Of a stretch of DNA of 64,000 nucleotides, positions 25,301 to 38,100 are shown in pieces. The position numbers were made by a program, and so were the translations under genes. The notes beneath the pieces were generated by a model. It did no database searches. It saw only the letters and a list, made by a program, of their open reading frames with translations, and was not told the origin of the DNA. This stretch comes from Balanoglossus misakiensis (taxonomy: Eukaryota; Animalia; Hemichordata). The first letter of the stretch is position 1, and each line of letters starts with the position of its first letter. The DNA lies in contig CM082576.2 of the NCBI GenBank assembly GCA_040954595.2, positions 10,977,129 to 11,041,128 on the forward strand, given 5' to 3'.

Positions 25301-25891
25301 TCATCATCTGACTGATTTTATTTTTGTTTTTGAACTTTCATTCCAGGCATCGGAGATGGCGGTAATGAACTTGGTATGGTCAAGGACAAGGTTGTTGAGC
25401 ACATCAATCTGGGAGCTGAAATAGCTTCGGCCGATTATCTGATCACTGCTGGAGTGAGCGACTGGGGTGGATATGCACTGAGCATGGCTTTGTATGCAGT
25501 CAGTCTGTGTCCCATACACGACAGATATCTCCGAAAGAACGTTGGCTTTCCGCTGCACAGTGAAGAGAAACTGGTTCCTTCACTGCCAACTGTGGAAAAG
25601 GTAACCTTCCATCAGTTGGTTTTGGAAGGCAAAACACAGGAATGTGATACTGTATAGTCAACTGTCTTGTCACCCCTACTGTAAAATCACACCTTTTCAT
25701 TTTGCCACTTGATAAAATGTAACCTCTGTCTTTTCTTTCCATTCCCACAGCAAGCAAACGTGTTAGCTGCCCTGATGGATCATGGGATACATGATGGCGT
25801 ACTGGCTGATTTGAGCATGACGGTCGATGGACTTGATTTTTATCCCACACATGCTGACAAAATCCAACAGCTTCGCAAAATCATCAGATAA
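22365..25891 (+). CDS. DGLUCY: D-glutamate cyclase-like protein, copy 2 (tandem paralog, divergent motifs), about 622 aa
   Basis: Ten GT-AG exons with the same intron positions and phases as copy 1: 22365-22509, 22637-22793, 22979-23162, 23440-23590, 23753-23875, 24027-24221, 24379-24639, 24999-25256, 25347-25600, 25751-25891 (sum 1869 nt). Frame open throughout; all length differences from copy 1 are multiples of 3. AATAAA at 26319-26324. Confidence 0.88.
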
Positions 25892-26639
25892 TTATATTTC
25901 ATTCTAAATTTTACTTGCACCTAGCAAGGTCTTCTTCAGTTCTTCGAATAATCAAATGGGGTTTGTGAATGATACATGCAGTAAACTGAAAAGCAATATC
26001 TTAGCAACATTAACACATCTTGTAATTTGATATAAAATTTATAAACTATAGCTCCATTTTATGGTAAATGTATTCCCAGGGTATATCCATGTACCAGGTG
26101 CGGGTTGCATTATAAAGCAGAATAACATTATTAACCCACGGAAAAAATACAAATATTAATCACAATACAGAAAAAAATGAGTGACTTGTCCACTTAAAAG
26201 AACAGTGGTTGAAACGTTGACTAATGTTTCAGCATTTCTATCATATTAATTGTACTTTTTTACTAATTCCTAATGGCATGTATTCTGCTGTATTATTGTT
26301 TTATTATTAATACAAATGAATAAACTTGAATTCAATTAATTTTCAACAATAATAGTGCTGAATTTACACATTACTGGTTATACAATAACACCCTCCTGCT
26401 TGAGGCATTTGAACAAGAAACTGCACTTTATATGGAGAAAAAGCCAACGCTGACAATTAGCCAAAAGTTACCAGCTGGGAAACGTCATGAATATACATCT
26501 TTTTGTCCAGTTCTGTCTCTTGAGGGCGCTGTTCCACATGCTTTCATGCCAAGTTCCAACTGGTCATTTAGACCTGTTGAAATGTACAGGGCAGTAAACT
26601 CGTGATTCAATAATGATGCAAATACCACACAGAGACTGA

Positions 26640-29125
26640 AATGTTCAAGTCTGGATTATTTATTGACAACAAATTTCATCCAGAGTGACAAGATACGCCA
26701 AGATCATCATTTTCTTATTCAGCACATTTTTGTATTTAAATAAACAGACGCACTGAAGCCAAAGTTTTATGAAATCATATTAAGCAGCATTAAGTCCTTT
26801 GTACTTTTGAAGAAAAAAAAAGTCTACTAAAATAATTATTTTACAGCCAAATGTACATGAAACCAAACAGAAGGAAAACACACAGCTGTACATCACTTAT
26901 GTCGCATACAACTGACAATTTTAAGTACGAGTGACATCCCATACTTTTGAGTACATTATTCTGGTATCAGCGACTCGACAAATATTCGGTTTCGAATTTG
27001 AAGAAAAATGTGCTATATTTTATTTGCTTGTTTTTCGCTATTATATTTGTGTACTACACGACTACATGAGAATTTGAAGACATCGAGATCTTTTTTTTAT
27101 TTGTATCAAGATATATTCCCCTGCTAAACACACAACATGCAGGCTCAGCTGTGGCAATGTACGTTGTGAAGTTGATATAAAAACCTGATCAAAGTATTCA
27201 AAACATGCATGCAGATTTTATACAGAGATGTCTAATTCTAACGCCAGTCCACAATCTTCAACAAACACAACAACAAACTCTGTCCGATGTATGTTTGAAC
27301 TTGTCCGAATTTGGGTCACCTACCGTGTACCATTTACGTATCAACAAAAAAACGTTGACAAGCTTTTAAGAAATAGATCACAAGAATTTCTGGCAGGGCT
27401 ATGCGCTACAGAACTACATAAGATTCCTAATCACAGACCAAGAAATCCAGTACCGACATAATTTAGGAGAAACTCGTATCCAATGACATTTACTTTCCTC
27501 TATTTTTAAAACTGGATAAAGAAAATCTGAAAAGTTTACAACAAAGTAATTGCTTCACAATTTTGCTTCTCAAAAACAAATTTGCATATTTATATAATTA
27601 TTGTTTGCTTGATTTGATTCCTCGATTGGCTCGATATTTTTACATAAAAAAAGAAATCTTAAATATACATGAGCATTTTTGTTTTTGTGTGAAACCTTTC
27701 TCGATTTCATTTTTGTCAACAACAACAACAACAACAACAACAAATTCAATGTTTGCTGTTGCAGTCTGGAATAGTGGCAGCCCTAAAGCTGCATTTCACT
27801 GTTGACACCAGAGTACTGGCAAGAATGCACTGCGTACCAGAAGTATCAAAACGTAACATGAAGTAAATATTTGATATTCAAAAACAGATAATTACAAAAC
27901 AGGTAAAAATTAAAATTGAAACAGAAACGTGTGATTTTTTACGAAAGAAAAATCAGGAAGATGTAAAAAGCATGATGCTGTGTTGGTGGTAATCACAAAC
28001 TGCTCCAAGTATAGAAAGTCTCACAGAGGAAGAGCATCCCTGCTACTCTGCGGTACTCACACACACCCAGATATTTTGCCGAACCGTGCAGAGGAGGGAG
28101 AGTGTTGTGTTGCCTCACACCTCAATACCTGTCAGCTGAATGTAGAAAGTGGTAGGAGTAAAAAAATAATTATGCGAACAGAAGCGCGGGGCGTGGCAGG
28201 GCTGCATGCGTGATGCCAAAAATAAAACCATGAAAGCAAATGGTGGTGGTGTTTTGGTGATTGCTTGTGGGGATTGGCAGTTGGCTTTTTTCTTCACGTG
28301 TGACCACTGGTGATCCAACTTTCTGATCAGTTAATCTTCCATCTTTAATAATACATGTACATATTAAGCAGTATGAGGTAGGTTTGGATGAGATTGTGAG
28401 TTGGTTGGGGGCTGACGGGGTAAGGGGTACAACTACCGTTTTTTTTCTCTACAGTCATGCAGGATGGTGTGATGACGGTGGTGGCAATGAGGTACAATGG
28501 TGATGAAGGCGTGGGTTTTTTTTAGGAGTTGCAGGGACGACAAATCCACTGAGAGTGAGAACTTCCTCCACCTGTAGTAGTGTGTTATGTGAGAAATGTT
28601 AAGAGAAGACAGTTGATAGTAACGCTTGGATGAATGTTTAATACACACGTCCCACTTGGGTTTATTTCAGCACTGAGTTTCACACCACTAGTGGACACGC
28701 ACACAAACTGAACTGCGTCACAACACGTGCACTACGCACACTTGCAAGTAGTTGAACATCTCCGACACCTCAAACATATCTTGTGACCTCTGATAGCAAA
28801 ATGCACACTCTGGTCTGACACAGACCTTCTGCATCGGGTTCTCTTTCACAGAAACACAAACGACCAAACAAATCCAGGACTGTAGACTCTTATACTGACT
28901 ATCTGCTTTCTACTACTGTAAGTGGAAATGGACTGCAGAGCAATACGCCACACAAACAGTTTGACTTTCAAAATGCTAAGCTGCAATATACACATAATAC
29001 TGGTATTACAGACAAGTAATACTTTCTAAATACAAATATATACACAAAAGACGTCAAGTACATGTACATGATGCAGACATTTATATAAAAGATTCTCTTC
29101 ATTTTTCGTCACTATTATTCTCTTT
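26640..29125 (-). other. Probable ~2.5-kb 3' UTR of the CCDC88 gene, convergent with DGLUCY copy 2
   Basis: Non-coding, U-rich on the minus strand, downstream of the stop at 29126; minus-strand AATAAA at 26659-26664. The true end is inferred. Confidence 0.45.
27718..27742. repeat. (AAC)n microsatellite
   Basis: Directly visible. Confidence 0.9.
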
Positions 29126-32100
29126 CTACACACATCCATACTCATACCATATTGACTGTTCTTTGGTGAGTCCATCCTTGCCTTGTCCTGCGCTGCCGGC
29201 CCCTGCTCCCCTCTCCCCCGACGGAGGTGGGGGCGGTGGTGGTGGTTGCAGTCCAGATTTGTCGTCCGGGCGGGCGGCTATCGGTTTCGGTCTCGGTCTC
29301 GCAGTCGGCGGCAACGGTGCCTGTTTGCGCTCTTTGCTGGTGGCACCTGCGTACAAATTGGAAGCGGACTCGGCTGTGTTCTTGGGCCTGTCATGAGCGT
29401 TGATGTTCACCGACGCTGCCGGCTGCGATGCGGCGTAGCTCTCCTTGGAAGACGGAGCGCCACCACCGCCGCCGCTGACCCGCGACTGCCTGGGCGGTGC
29501 CACCAGTCCGGACGCCCGCTGGCTTTGCGGAGGGGGCGGCGCCAAGCGTTTGGTGGACACCCTGACACCATCAGTTCTACCGGCCGTTGTGGCTGCAGGG
29601 TACGACGACCTGCTTGGGTAACCACTACTGCCAGGTTTGGACATGGGTGTGGATGTCATGTCGTCACCAGAGGGCGGTATATTCACAACGAATTCTTGCT
29701 GGACGTCAGCTTGGTACGTTTTGGACACAGGCTGATGTGAAGGGGGTACAGACCGTGACGGCGACGTGATAGTGTCTCTAGACAGATCGTTCTGTTTGTT
29801 GCTGTAATTTTTGGATGAAACAGTACTCTCGTCTGGTGGTCCTTCAAACACAGGTCCTTTCTCACCAGCAGACGGAGGGGACCCAATATAATGTCGCTAT
29901 GGAGGGGAAAACAACAACAGTTGGTTAATGCGTTAAGACATTTAACAGCCAGATAAAAATACTACTAATTGATGATCAACAATTCCACAACTACGATACA
30001 ACTACGATATACACTTCCTATAATATAACACGAATTATTTTTCATATCACTCAAGAAGCAATCAAGTGAACTGACTGTTAAATATATGTGCACAAAATAC
30101 TACTTTTCTTGTTGGTGGGGTGATATTTCTGGAAAAAAAGATTAGATTTACCGAATTATTAGTTCCCCCGTTAGTTTCCTCCAAGAACTGCTCCAGAGAC
30201 AACAACTGGTCTGGCGGATTCTGTGAGCGGCTGGGGTCCGCGTTTTGCAAGTGCGACGTTGACCGTTTGGGGGTGTCGTCCAGCATCTCCCTGGATCGAC
30301 TCTTGAAGCGCGACAGCAGTCCCATTTTGGACTTTGGAGGTTTGTCAGCCAGCATGTCTGTGGAGCCACTCTTCTGCCTGGATGAGCCCAGACTGGAGCC
30401 ACTGTAGTCTGTGTGTTTAGAACGAGAGTATGTCAGTCGCAGCCGAGGGAGACACATGGAGTTACTGAATAATTCAGACGAATCAAAGTTAACCATGCAT
30501 GGTATATGCGGCATGACAGGCCTTTTAAACAAATTGAGACATCTTCAGGGATGTCCCCATTTGCGGGAAAAAATCTGATTGCAACCAATTTTGACTTTCA
30601 AATGCCAAGAAGTCACCTCACACATTTCATAAATTTCTTTCTTTTCATCGTTAGACTTGATGTCAATTTTTAAAGACTTCTAACAAAATGCTTTCAGACT
30701 TTCAAACTTGGTAAAAATGCAACTAGCCTTTCAAATACAGGGTACTGACTTTTACGTCTAGCATGCAGCAAAGTTCAGTAGTTTTAACATACAAGGCAAC
30801 ATTCTGAACTACTTTGTTAGTTCATAATCTGGCCACACTGGAAACATTGTTTCTTTTTTATAGCGGGAAGCAATATACTGTCATCCACCCATAGGGCAAA
30901 ATGATTACTGAAACAGCCAGGCAGTCAGCAAGATAAAAAGTAATTTAGCAGTGTGTTTGACAAGTAAAATAAAGCTGCACCTGGTTGCTATCACCTGCCA
31001 CTGCATGGAGAGAGGCAACCTTTGGCTAACATGAATCAGTACGATAAACCACCAAATCACTTGTTATCTAGCTGAATGACCGGCTGTTTTAGGTGGATGA
31101 AAGCATATTATTCCAGCTGTAATCAAGCACATACTGCTAGCCATTGCATGGGTAGATCAAAACTGTACTGGTAAGTACAACACTACCAATCATGCTATTG
31201 TGATCAACAATCGGCACAAAGCTGCATATACGCATCAAATAAACTGGTGTTACTCCTCCATACCAGAATCGGTATCTTTATCACTCGACGAGACACTATA
31301 TCTTATTTGACACTGCGAGCCGAGGCTCTCTCTACGGCAGCAAACTATTTTTTTTGTTTTCATGGAGGAAAATAAAAGGCGATAAAAAAAGAAAGTGAAG
31401 AAAAAAGAGCATTAAAATGAAACGCAACATCAAATAGAAATGGCAACTGTAAAAAAAATGTGAAAAGGGGAAACTGAAAGTAATAGACACGGATAATAAA
31501 ATTAGGAGAGAAACTAGAGGATAGAAAGGAAACCCAACAATAAATATGAAATAACATGACAAAGTGAGAGATAAATAATATGGGAAGTAGGCTATGCTGC
31601 TTATAAATTAACATGCTAACAGAAAAGCAGACAACTGCAATGTACTGGTCACTTGCTCTGGTTTTATATTAATGTAATTCTGGCATGTACGAGACTGTCG
31701 GATATATGTATGACAACTGCATTCTCACACACATATCTATTTAAAAGATATCAAATACGTTTTTATCCTTCAGTCACTCTTCAAACTTAATCACTGTATG
31801 TATACCACACATATAGGGAAATGCATCTGTTTAATATGAAATTGTGGAATATAGTACATATATACTTCATTAAATTATTCAAATCGAACCACACTATCAT
31901 ATTATACTTGTATTTGTATTTGCTTTACTGACATACACACAATCAATTTGATACTTTTATAATTCAGATGATAGAACACTGTTACTCTTTCTGATAGGTA
32001 TGAAATAATGACAAGACTACAGGTCAGACGCCACTGCTGTTAGTACCATGACTGGTTTTATAGTTACACATCAATATTTTTATTACACAATTGAGTTAGA

Positions 32101-35100
32101 CACTTAATTTATTCTACACTAGTTACACATTCAAGAAACATTTATTTTTGATATAAATCTTGCATGCATTTTAGCAGACCTATCCACATGAATTAAAACT
32201 TGCACAATAAGTGTACCATGCGACAGGATACGTAATGGTACTATACACCACGAGTTACTATACAAGCATGCAACATTTTAACGACACCTATTTGCTAAAT
32301 TATGTTGCACAGAGGTAGTATGTACATTAGGGTGTACATGTACAATTCACTGAATATGTCAGCCTACCGGCAGCAGCTTCATTATCATCAGACGCAGTGT
32401 TTTCATCTTTTTCCGCGTCTTTGGCTTTGTCACTTTCCTTATCCTTCTTTTTATCCGCGGTTTGCTTGGGACTGCTGGAGGCGCCCTCCGTCAAGGCTTG
32501 CTCGTAACTGTTCCTACGCTCATGAACTAGATCAGGCAGTGGACAGTCAGATGAAAGTGACAGGGGTGGGGGTGGAAGGAGAGGTGAGGGGGGGGGGGGT
32601 CATGAATCATCAGACAAAGAATTTATTAGTAAAGAGTGGGTGTCGTTTTAACATTTAATATCCCACTTTGGTTTTAACAAGTTATGTGCTGTACTTGTTA
32701 ATATCAAAACCACACTGTGACGTGTCAGTGGGAGGAAAATCTGTGTCTGCTATGGGAAACTCAGAGTTGCTATGAGTGTTCATGTGGTGTGTGATTAGTG
32801 TTGGCAGTGGTTGGTGAGAGAGCTGGACGACAGTTACGATGACGAGTGAAGAACCACACAAGAACGTTGACAGTTTTTATACACAACACATGAATTATGA
32901 TTGCCAAGTTTAAGAACAGCCGACAGATGATTAAAAGACAGGAAGGCGACAGAGAACATTACATAATTAAATACAGAACACACAACAGAGAGGTATTGAG
33001 AGGACACAAACATACCTGGCCTTCGACCACCCGAGTGTTGTCTTTCAAAGGAACCCTGACTGGATAGAGAGTCTGCATCGGCCCGCAAGTCATCACTCGA
33101 TAAACTACTGTTTGTGGCTGTGTGAGACGGCAATGTACAACACTTGATGTCAATGATAATTTTTTTTTAATTAGGTCAGATTTTAACGAGCAAGTAACTT
33201 TCATCATATTGTGGCTACTTGATAATCAGAGAAATAAAGAGTTTAGTACAGGATGGTGTGGACTGGAGAATAGTTATAAACAGCAGTCTCTACTCACTGT
33301 GAGCTGGAAGACCAGATTCTCCCATCATAGGCGGTAACGATTTCCTGTAATCCGTCATAACGATGGGATCTCGTTTCTTGTTCCTCCTGCGGACAACTCC
33401 ACCGTCCAGCATATCGTCGGCGCTGGCACGTTGTTCTGCAAGAAACATCAAACAAAATCAAACCTCAAAAGTCAGCCGTGAGTCAAGATTCACTCGATAT
33501 TCTTATAAAAAAGCCAAGCTTGAAGCATGTATCTTGCTATCTACTAGCTCTCAGATCAAGTTTCCATTATACAGTCAAACCTGTATATAGTGGCTAGTCA
33601 AGGGACTTTCCTAAACTGGCCTTTATAGCGAGGTGGCCTTTATAGACATGTGGCCATTATACACAGGTCAATTAATGCATTTTATGTAAACTGCACAGGG
33701 CTTGTAACATAGTAGCCACTGCATAGAGGTGACCACTGACTCAGGTTTGACTGCAGCATAACCTTTAACACAGAAGTGCTTTTGAAGAAGGATAGAAACA
33801 TCAGAAGATTACCTTGTCTGTGAAGCAGTACTGCACTGTCCCCATCTGTTGATTCCGGGTGCGATCCAACGGAGGAGGTGTCCGACTTCTCAGTGCCATC
33901 GTACGGATCATGACCTTTGCTCTTTCCAGAGTCTTTGTCTTTGCCACGGCTTGGCTATATGAAGAAATAATACGAAAGTTGCTTTGAGTGCAAGCTGCAT
34001 ACACTAGTAAGGCAAGCATTATGTTGTACACACTTGGCACAAAAATGCATCATTGCAGATTAAAGATTGTTGCAACAGATACATAAGTGATGATTTTTTT
34101 CGTGCATTATTGTGATGACTTTGTGTGACCAGACTGGTGTTCATTCTCATGAATCTGCTTGTGAGAATTAACAGTTAATTGGCAGCCTCATGAATTAGAA
34201 GGATTCATACCAAATTGAAGACAAAATTACCACAAATGAAAACTTAAAGCAATTGGCAATTTGAATAAATAGTTAATTTGTGAATGCACAGAGCCAATCA
34301 CTGTGTGCAGTAGATCTACACTGCATCATTGTTTAATAACCAGTTGCCAACTGATTTGCCATAACAATTTTGTTTTTGCTGGCAAAAAAAAAAAAAAAGG
34401 CCTGTTGCAACAAGTTTTAATTTGCAATTTTCTTGACCAGCAACATACACTGGACTACAATGAAGCAGACCTGTTAACAGAGACACATTTGCCATAAACA
34501 CATACTTTCCTTGCATCAGATTGCACACGAATCTGCCAGCAGCAAATGTGTCACCCGCTCAAATGATGCATGCTGAGGTGGCACGTACCATTTAAGAGAA
34601 GGGGGAACTTACATGACAGCTAAGACCTGTACAGCTAAATAGGCAACTACTCCTCATGTCAGAACATCCTGTCTACAGAAGGACCCAAAAGTACATCCAA
34701 TGTTCAAGACAAAGTCCAAATTTCCATTATTATTATGACAGAAACAAGATAAACTCTCAACTGATTACTTTCATCATTCACTATCAGAAGTACTGGATAC
34801 AAGCACCATGACAGAGAAGTCATCGATTTTAATAGTCATTAATTTCTATAATGCATGGTATGTATTTATGGGCCATGTCATAAATACCATGTCTAATTTA
34901 AATTACATGCCAATTTTCTGCCTTTGGTCCATTAGTACAAAGAGTTTTTTCCTACATTCAGTATGAACAGCAAGTCACATCACAGCTTACCTTTAGTTTC
35001 TTCATGAAAGGTATTCTGAATCCTCTGGATTGCCTGAAAGGAAGACCAATTGGTATTTAATCGCATGAGTAGAGTAACAGAAATGACCATAAACAAGTAG

Positions 35101-38100
35101 CATGATAAAATTTGTTGATAAATATGATCTCTTGTACTGTGGCTGTCTACAACACATCCGAAAAATCAGATTTGCGACACTAATTCTTTAACATTGAAAG
35201 TCTACCTTATATTTAGAAATATGTTCTTAAAGAGCACACTGGATTTTGTACTGGAATATAGTTAGTGACAAAGAAAGACAGGTGAAGATGATACAGAACC
35301 AGCGTTTAATTTATAACTTACATTAGCTTGCTGTGTGTGTCCATGGAAAGCATGAGGTAACAGGATAGGCAATGAGTTAGCAAAAAGGCAAGATGAAATT
35401 GCCAACTGGTGTATATGATACGTGAATATCCATTATGAATGCACTTTTAACCCTTTCACCCCCAGTTCCCTTTTTAGAGGTCCAACCTTACCATAGAAAG
35501 CAATGGGTTTGGACTGAACCATGGTGGTGAAAGGGTTATTATACAAACTACATGATTGTATAATACTACGTAATTGTGCCTGTGTATCTTGATGTGCAGT
35601 GGATTAGCATGACAGAATTTGACACCCTTGAACATAATGTGTGTGAAAATCCACCTGGTCTCGTGTGGGATAATTAGGCATGACAGCATTTTGCACACCT
35701 GTGTAACTCTGTCACTCTGGACACAATGAGCAAGTCAGCAAATTTGAGATGTTCTAAAAGCTGTGGCATGAAGTGAACCAGTACAATGAAACTGCCCATT
35801 TATCTGGTGTTAATTATCTGCCTTCAACAAATCACACTATAATAATGTGACAGCCAGCAAAAATTCTGACATAGGATCAGCATTTCATGTACCTTCTTGG
35901 TGGTGAGGTGTAGTTCTTATACTGATCCATGATCTTCTCTTCCAACTTTTCCTTTTGTCTTCTCAGATCATTGATCTTGTCACTGGTTCAGAAATTGAAA
36001 GACATGGCTCACATGAACTTTGTATTCTCCATACTATAAATGTTTATTATTGGATTCAATTTTTTTTTTTTTTTGTAAATCTGCTCCTAACAGGGGGCTG
36101 AATATTTCTTTTCCAATATTAAGGTGTTGAGTCAGGACTCTGTGATTAAGTCATAGGCAACACACATAATATATTGCTAAAAGGTGAAGTTTAGGAGCAG
36201 CAGTGACAGCAAAACTAAATGATATCCTGTGAAATGAAAAATGCATGAAAACACAGATCGTGGGGCTAGAGCTAAAAGAACACAATTTCTGACTAACAAA
36301 CTGTCAAAAGCAATAATCAACTTGGCACTTACAAGAACTGCTTTTCCTCTTCAAAGTGTTGTTCTTTACTTTCAAGTGTGTAGACATGGAGTTCCGTATT
36401 CTTCTCCAGTAACCTGTTCACCTGGTCCATCAGATGTTTGTTCTCCTCCTCCAAGTTACCGTTCAGTTGTTGTAGAGTCTGAGACAAAGGCAAAACATAA
36501 AACACCATATATATCGTATTTCTGAGCAGAAAATCAATGATAATTTCAGATTGAACATCTTGGTTCGATTCAATTACGGTAAAGCACAACCACAACTCAG
36601 GGTTAAACAAGATACAAGGTCAATGGCTGAGGCCAAGGATTAAAACTTTCTATTTGTGTGATGCCCCCGAGAGCAAACTCAAAAGGAATGTCTCTCTTGA
36701 AATATTAGTATGAGCATGCATGCATGAACTTGCACTGTCAGTTCACGGGAATGTCTCAATTACCAATCCATTATCACTCAGTCACTGTGGCAGTCTTGAC
36801 TTGAGTGATGTGATGTGGTATGTGCCAAGGTGTTATGTAGCGTGTAGAGGATACATGTATGTATAGAGTAGTGTGGCCGTATGGCTTGGACTGGTGCTGT
36901 CCTGTGTGAGTTTGGGATGGTGTGGGGTGGGGTGGTGTGGTGCTGTGGTGTACATGTATGTACTGTGCTGAGTGGTGTGCCGTGGTGTGGTTTTTACATG
37001 TGGTAATCAATCAGCATGTACACTTACACCATTTCATGCAATGCTAATTTAGTTGATTACCAGTAGAGGACACTATGCCATTAGCAAGTCAACAGTTTGT
37101 TGATTCTTACCTCACATCTATTCACCATTTTAGCAACTTCCACATCAAGCTGCTGGACCTGCTCTTTGTAATCAGCAACCTCCCCTTGCAAAGACGCCTT
37201 CTCAAGGCTGAGCTGCCTGTAATCAATCACAGTGTACAGTGTACAGGGTTAATCATCTCGGAATTTAACATTGAAGCACAGAAGGACGAAAATAGTGTTT
37301 TTGAAGGACAAGAAAATTTGCCATATTTTAACGCCACTCAGGTTTCTGTCATTTCAAAATATTTTGCAGTTTTCTCCACTGAAATATGTTAAATATCAGG
37401 TGGTATGTCAATTCCATATTTCTCAAAGCAAGGGAGACTTCACACATTAAGCTATGCTTATGGAATCTTATACTTTGAATGATTACAGTAAAAGTGTTTT
37501 ATAATAAACGACTGAATTATAAACACAATTATAAACACCTTAACTAGTTGTCCCTCTGAGACTCATTTTATAACGGTTTACATTCATCACTTGTCATGGA
37601 TTTAATTGTTTCAATCTGGTGATATAAATCACCACAAATGAAGCAGGACATGCATTCAGGATACCATCTGTCTATAAAGGTATACGGTCACCTCTAATTT
37701 ACATATGCCCACACAAACTCTACAAATCAATATGGCGTACCTGTTTTCTGATTTTTGATTGCGGTACTCTGCTTCAATATCCTTGTACTCTCTATTCAAT
37801 CTCTCGTGCATCTGCTTCAGACTGTTGTATTCCAGCTGGACAGATGAATTATTGTTGGCGGATTTCAGCATGATCACAGTCTCCTTCTCTGCTTTCAAGT
37901 TCTCCTTCTCCAGCTTGATGGCGTTCTTCTCCTTGTCCATGTCGTTCTTCTTCGTCCTCAGTTCCTCCAAATCCGACTTCGTGGCCTTGTAGTTGGATTT
38001 CAGCGACCCGTGTTCCGAGATGAGCGACTCGTAATCTCTGGTGAGGCTCTCGTGGAGCTCCTGCAACTGCTCCTGATCGTTCATCATCGTCTCGTGACGC

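Noticed and set aside
22365-25891. DGLUCY copy 2 as a pseudogene or an uncollapsed haplotype
   Set aside because: No stops or frameshifts, all splice sites canonical, and introns plus exons 3-5 are too diverged to be alleles.
29163-29769. Overlapping plus-strand and alternate-frame ORFs (up to 185 aa)
   Set aside because: Shadow ORFs of the GC-rich last CCDC88 exon.
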